Virus genome (UHGV): UHGV-0137059
Source of the DNA: a virus
Length of the DNA stretch: 27,918 bases
Strand: one strand, 5' to 3'
The position numbers were made by a program, and so were the translations under genes. The notes beneath the pieces were generated by a model. The model was not told where the DNA came from. It was given only the letters and a program-made list of their open reading frames with translations, and did no database searches. Numbering within the stretch: the first letter of the stretch is position 1; each line of letters begins with the position of its first letter. Below, piece by piece: positions 1-10,565 of the stretch.

Positions 1-192
1 AACTACCTGTTCTTCGGTTCGGATCATGGAGGAGAGCGGGGAGCGCTGCTGTACAGCCTGATCGGGACATGCAAACTGAACGGAGTGGAGCCAGAAAGCT
101 ACCTTCGCCATGTGCTTGATGTTATAGCTGACTGGCCGATAAACCGGGTCAGCGAACTACTCCCCTGGCGCGTAGCACTGCCAACTGAATAA
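1..192 (+). CDS. IS66-family transposase, C-terminal fragment (5' end outside window)
   Basis: Hand translation: NYLFFGSDHGGERGALLYSLIGTCKLNGVEPESYLRHVLDVIADWPINRVSELLPWRVALPTE, stop TAA at 190-192; matches the conserved C-terminal block of IS66-family TnpC from recall. Confidence 0.7.
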   Translation, partial: NYLFFGSDHGGERGALLYSLIGTCKLNGVEPESYLRHVLDVIADWPINRVSELLPWRVALPTE

Positions 193-229
193 CACATCCC
201 CGTCAATACGGTTCTCGCTGCACGCTTAC
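1..229 (+). mobile_element. Right end of an IS66-family insertion sequence (left part lies outside the window); terminus ends ...CGCTTAC at 223-229
   Basis: Frame-1 translation of 1-192 gives a conserved IS66-family transposase C-terminus; the last 7 bp before the phage junction (CGCTTAC) are the reverse complement of the GTAAGCG terminus typical of IS66-family inverted repeats; the phage gp7 reading frame breaks exactly at 229/230. Confidence 0.7.
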
Positions 230-353
230 CATACTTCTGAGCTTCTGCGGCATACTTTGCGCTTTTATCAGAGCTGCCACCTTTCCCGCCTTTTTCAGGG
301 CAATAAGGTTCCTCGCCGCGCAGTTTTCTGCCCAGCTTAAATGCATATAACAT
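230..353 (-). pseudogene. N-terminal 41 codons of P22-like gene 7 (DNA ejection protein), truncated by the IS66 insertion
   Basis: ORF 99-353(-) begins MLYAFKLGRKLRGEEPYCPEKGGKGGSSDK, as recalled for P22 gp7; synteny gp26-gp14-gp7 is P22-like; beyond codon 41 the frame runs into IS sequence. Confidence 0.65.
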
Positions 354-355
354 GG

Positions 356-811
356 CTATCTCCCGTGATTCAGGAAGTCGATTAGTTCTTCGCGTGTGGC
401 GCTGTAAAACGTCACGTCATCCACGCCTTTGAAGTATTTCTTGATGGTTCCTACACGATTAAGGCCAATCATTGCGCAATACATCTGACCGTGGCGGAAT
501 TTGCGTGCAGCGAACGATGTGACGCACTGAACGGTGGTGTTAGTCAGAATGTATCGCCAGAACGCCAGCCCGATTTCCTTGCTGAATCCACGAACCTCTG
601 GCAGGTACATGGCGTGGCAATCGAATGTAAGCGGCTGAATCTCCTGATAGTAAACAATGCCGCCAAACTGACCGTGCACGTTAACCTCAAAGTAACGGCA
701 TTCAGGCTTGTAGTCGTATCCATCACCGTTGTTGCTACCAGCGATAATGTCGGGGTGATTTCCCACGGCTTCTATCAGGTCGATGTTTCGTGTTGGTTTG
801 AATGTAATCAT
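356..811 (-). CDS. P22 gp14-like head/tail assembly protein (151 aa)
   Basis: Lies between the tail-needle gene and gene 7 as in P22; start codon overlaps the upstream stop (TGATG). Identity is by synteny, not sequence recall. Confidence 0.6.
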   Translation of the reverse strand: MITFKPTRNIDLIEAVGNHPDIIAGSNNGDGYDYKPECRYFEVNVHGQFGGIVYYQEIQPLTFDCHAMYLPEVRGFSKEIGLAFWRYILTNTTVQCVTSFAARKFRHGQMYCAMIGLNRVGTIKKYFKGVDDVTFYSATREELIDFLNHGR

Positions 812-1512
812 CAGTCAATCAGCCCATGTAATCTAAGTGCTGTTTCAAGCGCCAGAATACGCTGCCGCGCCTGCTCCAAACCTGTAGCGATAGCTGCGAC
901 TTCGGATTGTGTGTACGTAGTGCCGACCGTGTATGACTGGTTAGCGTTGAATGAGCCAAGAAGAGGTGTACCTGTGGCTGCAGTCCATCCGGTATTTCTT
1001 GCTCCAACAACTTGAATTCCATCAACTGAATATGATGTTTTTACATCCAGCGGTGACGCAAGAGACTGCAATTCGGTTACGGTTTTCGATACGTAATCAC
1101 TCTTAATGCCAGAGACATCGTTTTCTACGTCATCCAGTCTTTGGTCAACAGTGACCAGATGCGCCTGAATATCGATAACCTCATCCAGCAAGTAATCAAC
1201 ATCGCTACGCAGTACGACTATCTTCCCTTCGGCGGTTGTTAACCTGACCTCAAGGAGATTTATCGCTTTTGTGTTTGCGGTGATTCTTGAATCGTGATCT
1301 GCCAGTTCGACGTCCTGTTCATCGTTTTTCACCTGAGCATCGTAAGCGCCCTGACCAGCCTGATTTGCCTTCCCGGCAATTGCGCCGACATCAGCCCCCT
1401 GATTAATGACATACAGCAGGTAAGACTGGCTGAATATATTGCGTGGAAGGATTGATGTATCGAGCCGCGTCGCCTGCACAATAACAGGTGTATTGAGATT
1501 CGAATCAGCCAT
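811..1512 (-). CDS. Tail needle protein (P22 gp26-like, 233 aa)
   Basis: 233 aa; N-terminal [36 protein letters not shown] and C-terminal ...LRLHGLID match recalled P22 gp26; coiled-coil heptad region in the middle. Confidence 0.85.
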   Translation of the reverse strand: MADSNLNTPVIVQATRLDTSILPRNIFSQSYLLYVINQGADVGAIAGKANQAGQGAYDAQVKNDEQDVELADHDSRITANTKAINLLEVRLTTAEGKIVVLRSDVDYLLDEVIDIQAHLVTVDQRLDDVENDVSGIKSDYVSKTVTELQSLASPLDVKTSYSVDGIQVVGARNTGWTAATGTPLLGSFNANQSYTVGTTYTQSEVAAIATGLEQARQRILALETALRLHGLID

Positions 1513-2930
1513 TACTCAATCCTTATCTGGCAACCTGACAGAGTGACAGGTGACTTCGTGATAACGCGCAATTTGAAACCGACATTTTTCCTGATGCGCC
1601 CGACACGCTTCCACAAAACGCGTTTGTCGTAAACGAACGGTTCATTCTGCTCAATCATCTGCTCACGCCCGTAATTGATGCCGTCAGTGGTTGCAGAGAG
1701 AAAAAGGCGGTCAGCATACTGCGCAACGCCAGTTGACGATTCAACCTCAAAGTCAAACACTCTGGCGTTATCCGCTTTGAACAACGGAGTAAACAGCAGG
1801 TGTTCCTGCTGCTTGTCGTACTGGCTGCTGATATCGAACTGCAATTTCCCGGTCACGGACTCCAGCTTATCTCCGCACGTTATCTGATTGCCTTCGTAAA
1901 TGAAGTCGATAGCGCGGTACACATCGTCATACAGGCCTGTTTTCAGCACACACCATTGCGGACCATTGGAGCTTGAAGATGCGTCGTATACGAGGACGTG
2001 GCGCGGCAGGTGAATAATCAGCAGCTCATGCGCATCAAACCGCAACGATTCCATCACACCATCAGCCAGTTCATCAGCAGTGTAGGAGCGTAGTATTTTC
2101 TCAATGCTCGCGCTGGCGATTGGTGATACCTGACCGGAACCGATGATGTATACAGACGGCGCACCTGTTGCCGGATTGCTGATGAATGCATAAGAATCAG
2201 CAAACGGCGTTTTGCAGTAAGTTCCGGCGATGCCTTTTTGCACCATCAGCGATGGCTGTGCGACATACAACGCGGCACCAACAGTGGTTGCACCAGTCAG
2301 GGAGAAATATTCAATCGTCGATGAACCAAAGCAGACGATGAAATCTCGCCATGTTCCGATGCCGATGATGCCGTCCGGCTGCGATTCTGCGCGATATTGT
2401 GCACTGTAACGGTCAGGATGCGATTCGTCTTCAAGGTCAGTGATAAACCATGAATCAGTTCCGTCTTTTGACCACGCATAACGCCCACGTAAGCGCGTAA
2501 TGTCGCGAACTGAACCTAACTCATACTGAGTGAATCCACTGTCTGTAGGCCAGTTTGAGACGGCTTTAACCGTACCATCATAGCGATACTCGACCAGTTG
2601 ACCATTAACGCCTACCGCCTGTGATGTCCGACCATGCGCCATTGATACACGACCACTTCCGGCGACATCACCAACCTCGCTTTCTCCTTTGTACAGTTTG
2701 CCACCACACACGCGATAAACAGCACTCTGCGCCATGTTGTACTCGACGCCGCGCGATACACCGTTCACATCAGAGCGTTTGGCAATGCCCGGGAATGAGC
2801 GAAGATATCCGCTGCTGTTGAGAATTTCTTTGGGTGTAGCCAGCATATTCACTGGCAGATAGTCGATATATTCGGCGTTTCGGAAGTCTTTGCCGACACC
2901 TTTCATAAGCGGAAGTTGCTGAATCGGCAT
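1512..2930 (-). CDS. Head completion / packaged-DNA stabilisation protein (P22 gp10-like, 472 aa)
   Basis: 472 aa starting [16 protein letters not shown] and ending ...LSGCQIRIE; same length and termini as recalled for P22 gp10. Confidence 0.85.
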   Translation of the reverse strand: MPIQQLPLMKGVGKDFRNAEYIDYLPVNMLATPKEILNSSGYLRSFPGIAKRSDVNGVSRGVEYNMAQSAVYRVCGGKLYKGESEVGDVAGSGRVSMAHGRTSQAVGVNGQLVEYRYDGTVKAVSNWPTDSGFTQYELGSVRDITRLRGRYAWSKDGTDSWFITDLEDESHPDRYSAQYRAESQPDGIIGIGTWRDFIVCFGSSTIEYFSLTGATTVGAALYVAQPSLMVQKGIAGTYCKTPFADSYAFISNPATGAPSVYIIGSGQVSPIASASIEKILRSYTADELADGVMESLRFDAHELLIIHLPRHVLVYDASSSSNGPQWCVLKTGLYDDVYRAIDFIYEGNQITCGDKLESVTGKLQFDISSQYDKQQEHLLFTPLFKADNARVFDFEVESSTGVAQYADRLFLSATTDGINYGREQMIEQNEPFVYDKRVLWKRVGRIRKNVGFKLRVITKSPVTLSGCQIRIE

Positions 2931-2939
2931 TTATTCACC

Positions 2940-3401
2940 TCACGTACTCGGATCATCTTTCTCGATGTAAAACCGATTCCACGTAAACGCGCTTTTGTTA
3001 CCACTACCGCGAGGCATGTCATTTCGCCGCTCAAGTGGTGGTATTTTGGTTAAAGCGATACAGATTGTTTGATATGCACTGTCAGCAGCGGTAAGGAGAG
3101 CGTCTGACGGCTGAATGACGTTATCCATGCACACTTGCACAGCGAGCTTCAAAGCGACGCCATCATTTGCCCATGCAGGGATACCTGAATCATCGTCAGG
3201 TAACGGCATGATGCCGTTACCTGTATCAGCAAACTGATATCCAAGCTCGATACCTTTAGCCTGCCATGCTGCCATCATGTCTTCGAGGTCATTAATGGCA
3301 TCTTCAATTGCCTGAGGGTCGGCATCTGTCAACGTGGCATTGGAATACAGCCCGGCTTTTCGTAAAGCCTTAAGAACGAGATCACCCTTCGTTTTCGCCA
3401 T
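2940..3401 (-). CDS. Head-to-tail adaptor (P22 gp4-like, 153 aa)
   Basis: N-terminal KTKGDLVLKALRKAG..ATLTD..PQAIEDAINDLEDMMAAW resembles recalled gp4; sits between the coat and gp10 genes. Confidence 0.7.
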   Translation of the reverse strand: MAKTKGDLVLKALRKAGLYSNATLTDADPQAIEDAINDLEDMMAAWQAKGIELGYQFADTGNGIMPLPDDDSGIPAWANDGVALKLAVQVCMDNVIQPSDALLTAADSAYQTICIALTKIPPLERRNDMPRGSGNKSAFTWNRFYIEKDDPST

Positions 3402-3570
3402 CTTCTTCCGCCTTAGCCACTTTATGCTTCGTTGCGGTTTCTTCAGGAGTTTTTACCCAGCCTTTTTTCAGGTGAGATTTAACTTCTTCGTCATCAACAA
3501 TGATGTAATCGACAGCAAACTGACCACAGGTGATCATGTTGCCAGGCTTATAGAGCATTGTTCGTGCCAT
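3382..3570 (-). CDS. Small hypothetical protein (62 aa) between the coat and gp4 genes
   Basis: ATG at 3570 preceded by GGGAGAAGAC ribosome-binding site; overlaps the gp4 start by 20 nt; acidic C-terminus. Function unknown. Confidence 0.5.
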   Translation of the reverse strand: MARTMLYKPGNMITCGQFAVDYIIVDDEEVKSHLKKGWVKTPEETATKHKVAKAEEDGENEG

Positions 3571-3580
3571 TGTCTTCTCC

Positions 3581-3606
3581 CAATAAAAATGGGGCCGAAG
3601 CCCCAC
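3581..3606 (-). terminator. Rho-independent terminator (partial read-through likely) just downstream of the coat gene
   Basis: Minus-strand GGGGCTTCGGCCCC hairpin (plus 3591-3604) followed by ATTTTTATT. Confidence 0.6.
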
Positions 3607-3611
3607 CAAAA

Positions 3612-4865
3612 TTACTGCCCGGCAATAACGATGCCCGTATATTCAGGAACAAGTACAGAGCAACCGTACAGGGTGGTGAAACGCGCAGTGGTTACACCTT
3701 TGATGTGGTCGAAGGCGTAAGACATGATCAGCGTAGCGCCCTGCTCGGTGGTTGCTGTCATTACCTGTGGACCCTGACCAGTTGGGAACGCCAGCTTGCC
3801 GTACATCAGTTCAACAGAACCATCAGCCCAGAACAGGTTAGCCGGTGCGGCATTTTTGTTGAGAATGGTGATTGCTGCGCTACTTGCCGCATTAGCATCA
3901 ACGTTTGCATATGGTCGGCTGGCGACATCCGCGTTGTCAGGCGGCAGAATTTTCGGGGAGATAGTTACTGTCGTTCCGCTTACTGCCAGAACGCGGAATA
4001 CCTGCGGCTGCCCGGTGGTATCTTTGGTGATCTGGTGTACAGAATTCACCCCTGCGATGGTAAACGCATCGCCAACCTGCAAACCTTCAGCAGATACCGT
4101 AATGGTCCCCTGTCGGTTATCCACTGGCATATCGTTAGCATCTTTGGCTTCAACCTTGTGCGCAGGTGCTGCTGCCAGCGTAATGGAAGTTGCTGTACCC
4201 TTCGGAACACGACCAGAAATATCGGTCTTGTAGCTATCGAAGGACGCAACCGGAGGGATTTGCGCTTTTTCGTATGCTGTCAGGGTTGCGCCCTGAGCAT
4301 AGGCACGGTGACCAAGCTCGCCAGCAAGGTCTTTGTAGTTGAAGGGGTTCCAGAAAGAGCGACGGTTGATACCCTGAGGTACACCAATCGCCGTCATGGT
4401 GGCATCAATACCTGCCGCACAGTTCCACAAATCACGGCCCTGTGAACCTGTGGTTGAGTCAGCCATCGTGATCACGTTAGTAGCACGCTGCGTAACCATG
4501 GAAATCAGGTCAGAGTCAATCTGTGCAGCAAGGCGCATACCTGCGGCGCGACCAGCTTCAGTTTTATGTTCCGGGTCACGCATTTCACGCGCATCCAGAG
4601 TGTACAGAATGTTTTTCGGCTCCTTGAACACAGAAGGAACAAGGCGCTGAACCAGTGCTGTTGGCGTTTTGCCGCTGAGGTCTAGGCCTTCCTCAATGTT
4701 CATGTGGTAATGCTGCGGACGATACAGAACATCACCTGCTCGCTGCATTGCTGTATCACCGGGACGGAATTTTTTAGCGTTACGGGAAACTACGCAGGCG
4801 GCCTCAAAGCCTTCAACGTAGTTTTCGAACATGATTTCAAGGTCTTTTGCTAATTGGTTAGCCAT
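3612..4865 (-). CDS. Major capsid (coat) protein, P22-like fold (417 aa)
   Basis: Position after scaffold gene; C-terminal NLFWADGSVELM motif resembles P22 coat NVFWADDAIRIV; ribosome-binding site CGGAG upstream of ATG 4865. Confidence 0.85.
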   Translation of the reverse strand: MANQLAKDLEIMFENYVEGFEAACVVSRNAKKFRPGDTAMQRAGDVLYRPQHYHMNIEEGLDLSGKTPTALVQRLVPSVFKEPKNILYTLDAREMRDPEHKTEAGRAAGMRLAAQIDSDLISMVTQRATNVITMADSTTGSQGRDLWNCAAGIDATMTAIGVPQGINRRSFWNPFNYKDLAGELGHRAYAQGATLTAYEKAQIPPVASFDSYKTDISGRVPKGTATSITLAAAPAHKVEAKDANDMPVDNRQGTITVSAEGLQVGDAFTIAGVNSVHQITKDTTGQPQVFRVLAVSGTTVTISPKILPPDNADVASRPYANVDANAASSAAITILNKNAAPANLFWADGSVELMYGKLAFPTGQGPQVMTATTEQGATLIMSYAFDHIKGVTTARFTTLYGCSVLVPEYTGIVIAGQ

Positions 4866-4883
4866 GCTTAATGCTCCGATAGG

Positions 4884-5777
4884 TTATTTTTTTGCCTTTT
4901 TAGCGGCGAAATACGGCGTCCAGTCACCAGTTTCCAGCGCCTTGGCTTTCAATTTGACGAGGTTGTTGATTACTGCGCCGTTGCTCCCCTTAACTGTCGG
5001 GGTTGTGGCTGCCGTGGTTTTTGCTTTTGGCATGATTCTGGCCTTCGATTCGATACGTTCCAGCAGACGACCAATTGCTACGGGGTTGGTAGCTTCTGCC
5101 AGTTGCTTGCGCAGTTCATCGTTGCGACCGAGTGCCAGAACAACGATTTCCGGCTTCTCTGACTCAAACAGGATCGCGTTTTGTGTCTCGATGGGGATTT
5201 CCTCGAGTACGGCCTGCTCAGCTTCCTGATAGCCAGGAACTTTGAGAGCCTTAACACGTTGCTGATATTTGGATAATCGCTCTTGATAGGCAGCCTGAAG
5301 CTCCTGCTCCTTCTGCTTGCGAGCCATCTCCTGTTGCTGGTACTTGCCGTTATCCTCTGCCCACTTAGCCATGCGTTGCTGGTAGATTTCTTCATCGAAA
5401 CCGATGTCCTCATCATCCAGTTTTGGCATTCGCGGTGGTTGAGTGATTACCGGCTGCTGCTCGACGGGTTTCTGAGACTGACGCATCAGCTCTTTCAGCT
5501 CACGGTCTTTCTCTTTAATCGTCTTGCGCAGGTGTTTTACCAGTCCATGCTCTGCGCCATCTTCGCTGGTTGGCGAATCCAGCTTTTCGTCACCAAAGTA
5601 GAATTCCTGTTCTGATTCGTCGTCATCAGTTTCAGTAGCTTCCTCTGCATCATTGCCGGAGGACTCACTGCCATCTTCTGTTTCGACTTCTTCAGCCAGT
5701 TCGACATCATCAGGAATCTGCTCTGACGCGTCGGTTTCGATTTCAACTTCTGGTGTGTTTTCTGCCATCTGGTCCAT
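4884..5777 (-). CDS. Scaffolding protein (297 aa)
   Basis: Highly acidic N-terminus, helical Q/E/K-rich body, basic C-terminus; between portal and coat genes. Confidence 0.8.
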   Translation of the reverse strand: MDQMAENTPEVEIETDASEQIPDDVELAEEVETEDGSESSGNDAEEATETDDDESEQEFYFGDEKLDSPTSEDGAEHGLVKHLRKTIKEKDRELKELMRQSQKPVEQQPVITQPPRMPKLDDEDIGFDEEIYQQRMAKWAEDNGKYQQQEMARKQKEQELQAAYQERLSKYQQRVKALKVPGYQEAEQAVLEEIPIETQNAILFESEKPEIVVLALGRNDELRKQLAEATNPVAIGRLLERIESKARIMPKAKTTAATTPTVKGSNGAVINNLVKLKAKALETGDWTPYFAAKKAKK

Positions 5778-5867
5778 TTGTTACCCCTGTTTACTCGATG
5801 TTCAGCCCATCGGAAGGCAATAGGGTGCCAGGCCTCATAAAGACAGCCATTGCACGTTATGGGTTAA

Positions 5868-8072
5868 TTACTGCTGTGGTTGTTGCTGAGTTGATTTTTG
5901 CAGGATGCTGCTGATGTCCATGCGCTGCGCATGGCCCTGTGCCTGACTTTTCAGGACAAGCTCCGCATCAGCACGGGCATTGTCTCCTTGCTGTTGCTGG
6001 AACTGTCCGAGCAGTTTCAGAGCCTCGCGGATATCAGATTTCTGCTGGCTATCGGCAGATGCGAGGATTTTCACAACATTTGCCGCTGCAACCTGAGCAT
6101 CAGTCTGTGCCTGGAATGCTTTAACCTGAATGGCTGCCTGTTCGTTCTGCGCTTTCTGCAATTCAGCCTGACCAGCAAGAAGCTGACCTTGCGCAGCAAC
6201 CATAGCCGGATCCGGCTGACTGGCCTGTTGTTGTTTCGCCTGCTCAACCATCTGCTGTTCTTCTGGTGTTCTCGGCTTAATAACGCCAGACAGAAGCAAC
6301 TGATTGCGGTTGTATTCTTTAAGGTCGTCCATCCCTTCGCCGTCCATATTGTCGAGAATCATCGACGATACAAGGTCATGCTTCGGCGTTCCTGGCGGGA
6401 TAAGTGCCAGCATGGAAAGCAACGACTTAACCGTTGCATCACGGCGAGTAGCGAACGACTGACCGACATCGACAGTCACTTCATAGTTACCCTGCGAAAG
6501 GTCGTTAAGCGCGATAACCTTCCCTGTCTGACGGTCAACCACTTCACCAGTCATCAGCGCCACGTCATCGCTGCCATCCTCATTAACGATGCGCATTGGC
6601 GTATCGCTGCCATAGACTTCACGAGCCATAGAAAGCCACACGACGCCAGCACGGCGCATGGATTTAGCCATGTTGTCCATGTAGATATAGGACTGCGTGT
6701 CCATCCGGTTAAAGATGCTATCAACGGTATCGGTAGCGACGTTGCTCGGCATGTTCTCAAGCTGCGACGCACCTGTAATTTGCTGAATAGCCGTTCCGGT
6801 GTACTGCAATAGCCCGGCAAGAGCAGGAGGCATTTGTGTCGGAGGTGTCCAGCCAGCAACCTGAGCCTCTGAAATGACCGTTCCGTTTTTGTCCTTCTTG
6901 CTGGTCATGGGAAGAACTGCAGGTCTTTTCTTATTCCTCTCTGCCCAGTGATTCATTAATGGACCGGGAATGAAATCAACATCCACGATAGGAATGCCAT
7001 CACCGCCAGCCTGAGTAGCATTATCTGCAATCATGGAAACCATCAGGTTCTCAAGACGCTGTGCATCCATCGCTTTTGCTGCGTGGCCTTCGATTCGCTC
7101 CTGATTATCAACAAATGAACGACGCCCATATACCGGGATGAGAGGAATATGTTCGCCCGGAATACGCTTCGGTTCTTCCAGCCATTCAGCGCCAGACAGA
7201 AGACCGCAATAAACTCGGCGTTTCTTCACCGTTCGCTCGCCAATCAGTTCGAATGCACCATCGGTCAGCTCGTCGACAATATCTTTGATTTGCTCTTCAT
7301 CATAGATTGCCGTTTCTCCGCTGACAGGGTTACGCCATGCTGTGAGCTTCACCTTCTCTATGCGGACTTCGTAGTAGCGTCCAACATAGATGGCATCTGG
7401 CGTTGACCAGTCATATTGAGTGCCAGTGTCATCACGAGAAAGGCTTGCCGCGATGGAATCAGGGTATTCAGCCTCGAACGCTTTAGGCGTCATGGAGAAC
7501 ATTTCCATAGCCCACATAGCATCAGAACGGTCATATTGCTTGCTGTCCTGATCGAAGAAGACGCATGTCGCTGGGTCGTAAACAGGAAGAAGGCTGATGC
7601 GTCGCTGCTCGTTACTCGGATCCATTTCATCTTCGTAATCGGCACACATGCGGAAACAACCGAATCCGCCCGTTACAGCATCATCAAATGCGTTATCACA
7701 CGCTTCGCCACCGGATGTTTCCTGATAGTCAGCGCGGAATTTGCCGTTCATCTTTTCGGCTAACGCTTCCGATGCCTTATCGTCCTTAGGCCTGAATTTA
7801 ACGCTGATGCGATTCTGTCGATACTCGCCAATGATGCGATCACATTCACGGGCAATCTTATTCAGTTCAAAGCGCGGGTAATGCTCAAACCTGCCTTCAT
7901 CAAATGAGTAACCAGCGTTTGTGCTGCCTTCCCACTGTGCGCCGGACACCCGGACGAAACGTTGAGCCTCAATAATCTGCTCACGCATATCCTTCGTTGC
8001 TGACCAGGCATTATCAAAGTTGCACAGCACCTTGCGATGCCAGTCAGTCATCTTTCTATCATCAGCCATCAT
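5868..8072 (-). CDS. Portal protein (about 734 aa)
   Basis: Large ORF between terminase and scaffold genes; Q-rich C-terminal tail as in P22-like portals; likely ATG at 8072 overlapping the terminase stop (the tabulated 8084 start is a TTG). Confidence 0.85.
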   Translation of the reverse strand: MMADDRKMTDWHRKVLCNFDNAWSATKDMREQIIEAQRFVRVSGAQWEGSTNAGYSFDEGRFEHYPRFELNKIARECDRIIGEYRQNRISVKFRPKDDKASEALAEKMNGKFRADYQETSGGEACDNAFDDAVTGGFGCFRMCADYEDEMDPSNEQRRISLLPVYDPATCVFFDQDSKQYDRSDAMWAMEMFSMTPKAFEAEYPDSIAASLSRDDTGTQYDWSTPDAIYVGRYYEVRIEKVKLTAWRNPVSGETAIYDEEQIKDIVDELTDGAFELIGERTVKKRRVYCGLLSGAEWLEEPKRIPGEHIPLIPVYGRRSFVDNQERIEGHAAKAMDAQRLENLMVSMIADNATQAGGDGIPIVDVDFIPGPLMNHWAERNKKRPAVLPMTSKKDKNGTVISEAQVAGWTPPTQMPPALAGLLQYTGTAIQQITGASQLENMPSNVATDTVDSIFNRMDTQSYIYMDNMAKSMRRAGVVWLSMAREVYGSDTPMRIVNEDGSDDVALMTGEVVDRQTGKVIALNDLSQGNYEVTVDVGQSFATRRDATVKSLLSMLALIPPGTPKHDLVSSMILDNMDGEGMDDLKEYNRNQLLLSGVIKPRTPEEQQMVEQAKQQQASQPDPAMVAAQGQLLAGQAELQKAQNEQAAIQVKAFQAQTDAQVAAANVVKILASADSQQKSDIREALKLLGQFQQQQGDNARADAELVLKSQAQGHAQRMDISSILQKSTQQQPQQ

Positions 8073-9565
8073 CCAACTCCGCAAGGTATGTTGTAGCTTG
8101 AGTAATCAATCTCTTTAGGATCTTTGATGTCTCGCATCTGTATTGCAAAACGCCTCATCATGTAGCCATAGCGAACAGCAGAAAGGATGTCGTCATTTAG
8201 CTTGACGATCTTCCCGTTCTCATCGCGGTGATACAGACGAAACTCTTCAAAGAATGGCTCGCAGGTGTTAAATACCTTGAAACGACCGTCGAGCATCATG
8301 TCGCGTATCTCTGCTATCCCGGGTTCGACCGCATTACCTCCATCAGGCCATGTTGCATGATCTGGCAACATGTCGAACCCAGCTTCGGCGTATTGTTCCT
8401 TGAGCTGAGCGCCGCCTCCCTTTTCGTGCTGATGCCCGTCATGAGGCCAAGCCGTAGGGGTGTTTTTGCTCCATGCTTTAACAGCACTCCATGCCTCTGT
8501 CGCCTTCTTCTGTTTGGCCTTCCAGACGCGAGAAAGATAAATCACGTCCTCGTCTTTATCCCACCAAAGCTGGATATGTGCCTGTGGGTGATCCCATCCG
8601 AAGTCCATTGCATTGATGACGTAGAAGTGATCAGGACACTCGAACGGCTGACACTTAATCGTCTCTTCCGGTATCTGGAAGATTCGACCGCTACCCATCG
8701 TAGGAATACCGCGAGCACGCGCCTCTCTCTCATGCTCAGGATAGGATGCGATGATTTGCTCTTTCTGCTCGTCGGTGTAGTGCTCAGCGTCATAGATGGT
8801 CATGTTGACCACTTTCTGCGACTTGCTGGGGTTCTTCAGGAACTTGGTAACAACGTCAGACATCCCCATCAGCGGGGTAAACGTCAGAATTGAGAATTGC
8901 CCGTATTTGTTGGTACGGGTAAGACCTTCGCCATAAATGCTGTATGGTGGCTCTTCGTCAAACCACACGCCGTGGATTGTGTCACCCTGCCAGCGAGCGC
9001 GGCCTTGCGAGTATGGCTTGAAGTAGCAGATTGAAATGCCATTTTCAACGCCATCAGCCGTGTGATGCTTAACCAGAAGATGATCAACAAGGTTCGGAAA
9101 GAAAGGAGACTTCTTCCAGCTAATGATGTCCTCTTTCGGTATGGAACCGTAGCCCGGCTCGTCATTCTCTTCAATACGACCGCACAGGATGCGTTGAGTC
9201 GTTTTGGTTACCGTCTCGTTTGTCTCGCCACCAATCCAGAAGACAACAGGCTCATAGAAACGCTTACCTTTCCACTCCCCACCATATTTACCATCAGCCG
9301 GATAGCCTTTTGTTCCAGGATAACGCCCTGTAAGGTGAAACGCGACTTCAGCAGCACCAGTAAATGACTTACCAAGCTGGTTGCCAGCCATAAAACATCG
9401 CTCTGGATAGTCATGTCCGGCGTCGATGAACTCACGCTGTTTGCTGTATGGCGTAAATTCATATAGCAGGTGTGTGTTCCGGTAGTTCTCTTCTTCTTCG
9501 AGTAGCTCGAGCAATTCGATTTGCTCTTCGTCGCTCAGGTTATCAAGAATCGCGTCCAGTTCCAC
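8069..9565 (-). CDS. Terminase large subunit (498 aa)
   Basis: Size and position (after small terminase, before portal); codon at 9565 is GTG; overlaps small-terminase 3' end by 23 nt. Confidence 0.85.
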   Translation of the reverse strand: MELDAILDNLSDEEQIELLELLEEEENYRNTHLLYEFTPYSKQREFIDAGHDYPERCFMAGNQLGKSFTGAAEVAFHLTGRYPGTKGYPADGKYGGEWKGKRFYEPVVFWIGGETNETVTKTTQRILCGRIEENDEPGYGSIPKEDIISWKKSPFFPNLVDHLLVKHHTADGVENGISICYFKPYSQGRARWQGDTIHGVWFDEEPPYSIYGEGLTRTNKYGQFSILTFTPLMGMSDVVTKFLKNPSKSQKVVNMTIYDAEHYTDEQKEQIIASYPEHEREARARGIPTMGSGRIFQIPEETIKCQPFECPDHFYVINAMDFGWDHPQAHIQLWWDKDEDVIYLSRVWKAKQKKATEAWSAVKAWSKNTPTAWPHDGHQHEKGGGAQLKEQYAEAGFDMLPDHATWPDGGNAVEPGIAEIRDMMLDGRFKVFNTCEPFFEEFRLYHRDENGKIVKLNDDILSAVRYGYMMRRFAIQMRDIKDPKEIDYSSYNIPCGVG

Positions 9566-10031
9566 GGTTGAATAGCTCCTTGATACGAGAGCGTCGCTTA
9601 TCGCGATCTCCCTTATCAGGTGTCACGTCTTCAACTTGCGACTGCTCTTTGAGGCCCAAATCACGGGCGATGATGTTAGCGTTGAGAAGGTCAGCGGCTG
9701 CGCCAGAGAATTTCTGGTCGTAGATGACCTGTTCTGCTCGCGTAACGACTTCAGATAAATCTTCTCGCAGGCGATATGTGCGCCATGTTTCAAGCGTCAC
9801 ATCAATGAACAGAGTGAGTCCGGTAATGGTCATCGCTCGCATCTTGGCGATAGGCTCTTGTATCACTTCACCCTGATACGAGAATGCCTTCATCTCCCAT
9901 AGCGGGTTAGCTTCTACCCACTCGAAGTATTCACAACAAGCAGCCCACAGCGCCTCGGGCGACTCGAATTTAGGATTTCGCCCATGACTACTGCGGGCCT
10001 CCCAAAATCGGTTGCCCTTTGGTGCTGCCAT
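9543..10031 (-). CDS. Terminase small subunit (P22 gp3-like, 162 aa from second ATG)
   Basis: [38 protein letters not shown]... matches recalled P22 gp3; start placed at second ATG (10031). Confidence 0.85.
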   Translation of the reverse strand: MAAPKGNRFWEARSSHGRNPKFESPEALWAACCEYFEWVEANPLWEMKAFSYQGEVIQEPIAKMRAMTITGLTLFIDVTLETWRTYRLREDLSEVVTRAEQVIYDQKFSGAAADLLNANIIARDLGLKEQSQVEDVTPDKGDRDKRRSRIKELFNRGTGRDS

Positions 10032-10066
10032 ATTCATCTCACTTAATTGTCATTTCAGGTTGAGCA

Positions 10067-10309
10067 TCATGCTCCGGTAGTGAACAGGTCTAACGCTTCC
10101 TTCGATTTACGCACCGCTTCGATAGTGCGGGTAGTGATATCTGAATTAGCGCCGCCTGACTGGAAGTGAATTTTGAATAGCTCAAGCTTCAGTTCGTCAG
10201 TGCCAATAAATTGAAATGCTTCCTCTGCGGCTGCGTTCTGGTTCATGACCAGTTTGTAAATCTCTAACTGGAATTTCTGTTCTTCAGTCATGGGAATAAT
10301 CTCTGCCAT
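10067..10309 (-). CDS. Small conserved protein (80 aa), equivalent to P22 orf80 upstream of gene 3
   Basis: 80 aa, directly upstream of small terminase; ribosome-binding site GGAG present. Confidence 0.6.
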   Translation of the reverse strand: MAEIIPMTEEQKFQLEIYKLVMNQNAAAEEAFQFIGTDELKLELFKIHFQSGGANSDITTRTIEAVRKSKEALDLFTTGA

Positions 10310-10565
10310 TGTTGGCTCCGTTTATCCGTTAAAAGGGATATCAGTTAAGTTATCCCGTGTAGGGTATAAGCCATTGTCGAGACCACTCATTGAATGGCCT
10401 CTGCAATAACCGATGTCTTTCCATCAGTCCGCCACCACAAAGAATCTTTTTTGCCATAAGGCAGGAGGTTCATCTTTCAGTGGCTGCCAGTGTTATTTCC
10501 CCACTTACTGGCTTGGGTTGTTTCGTGGTACTGCCGTAATGCAAAAACTGGATTAACCTGCGAAA

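Noticed and set aside
491-1015. 174-aa plus-strand ORF
   Set aside because: Lies antisense to the well-supported gp14-like and tail-needle genes; no ribosome-binding site noted; typical shadow ORF.
3558-4445. 295-aa plus-strand ORF (and 3796-4233 plus)
   Set aside because: Antisense to the coat gene, which has clear P22-like coat features.
5898-6812. 304-aa plus-strand ORF
   Set aside because: Antisense to the portal gene.
8228-8893. 221-aa plus-strand ORF
   Set aside because: Antisense to the large terminase gene.
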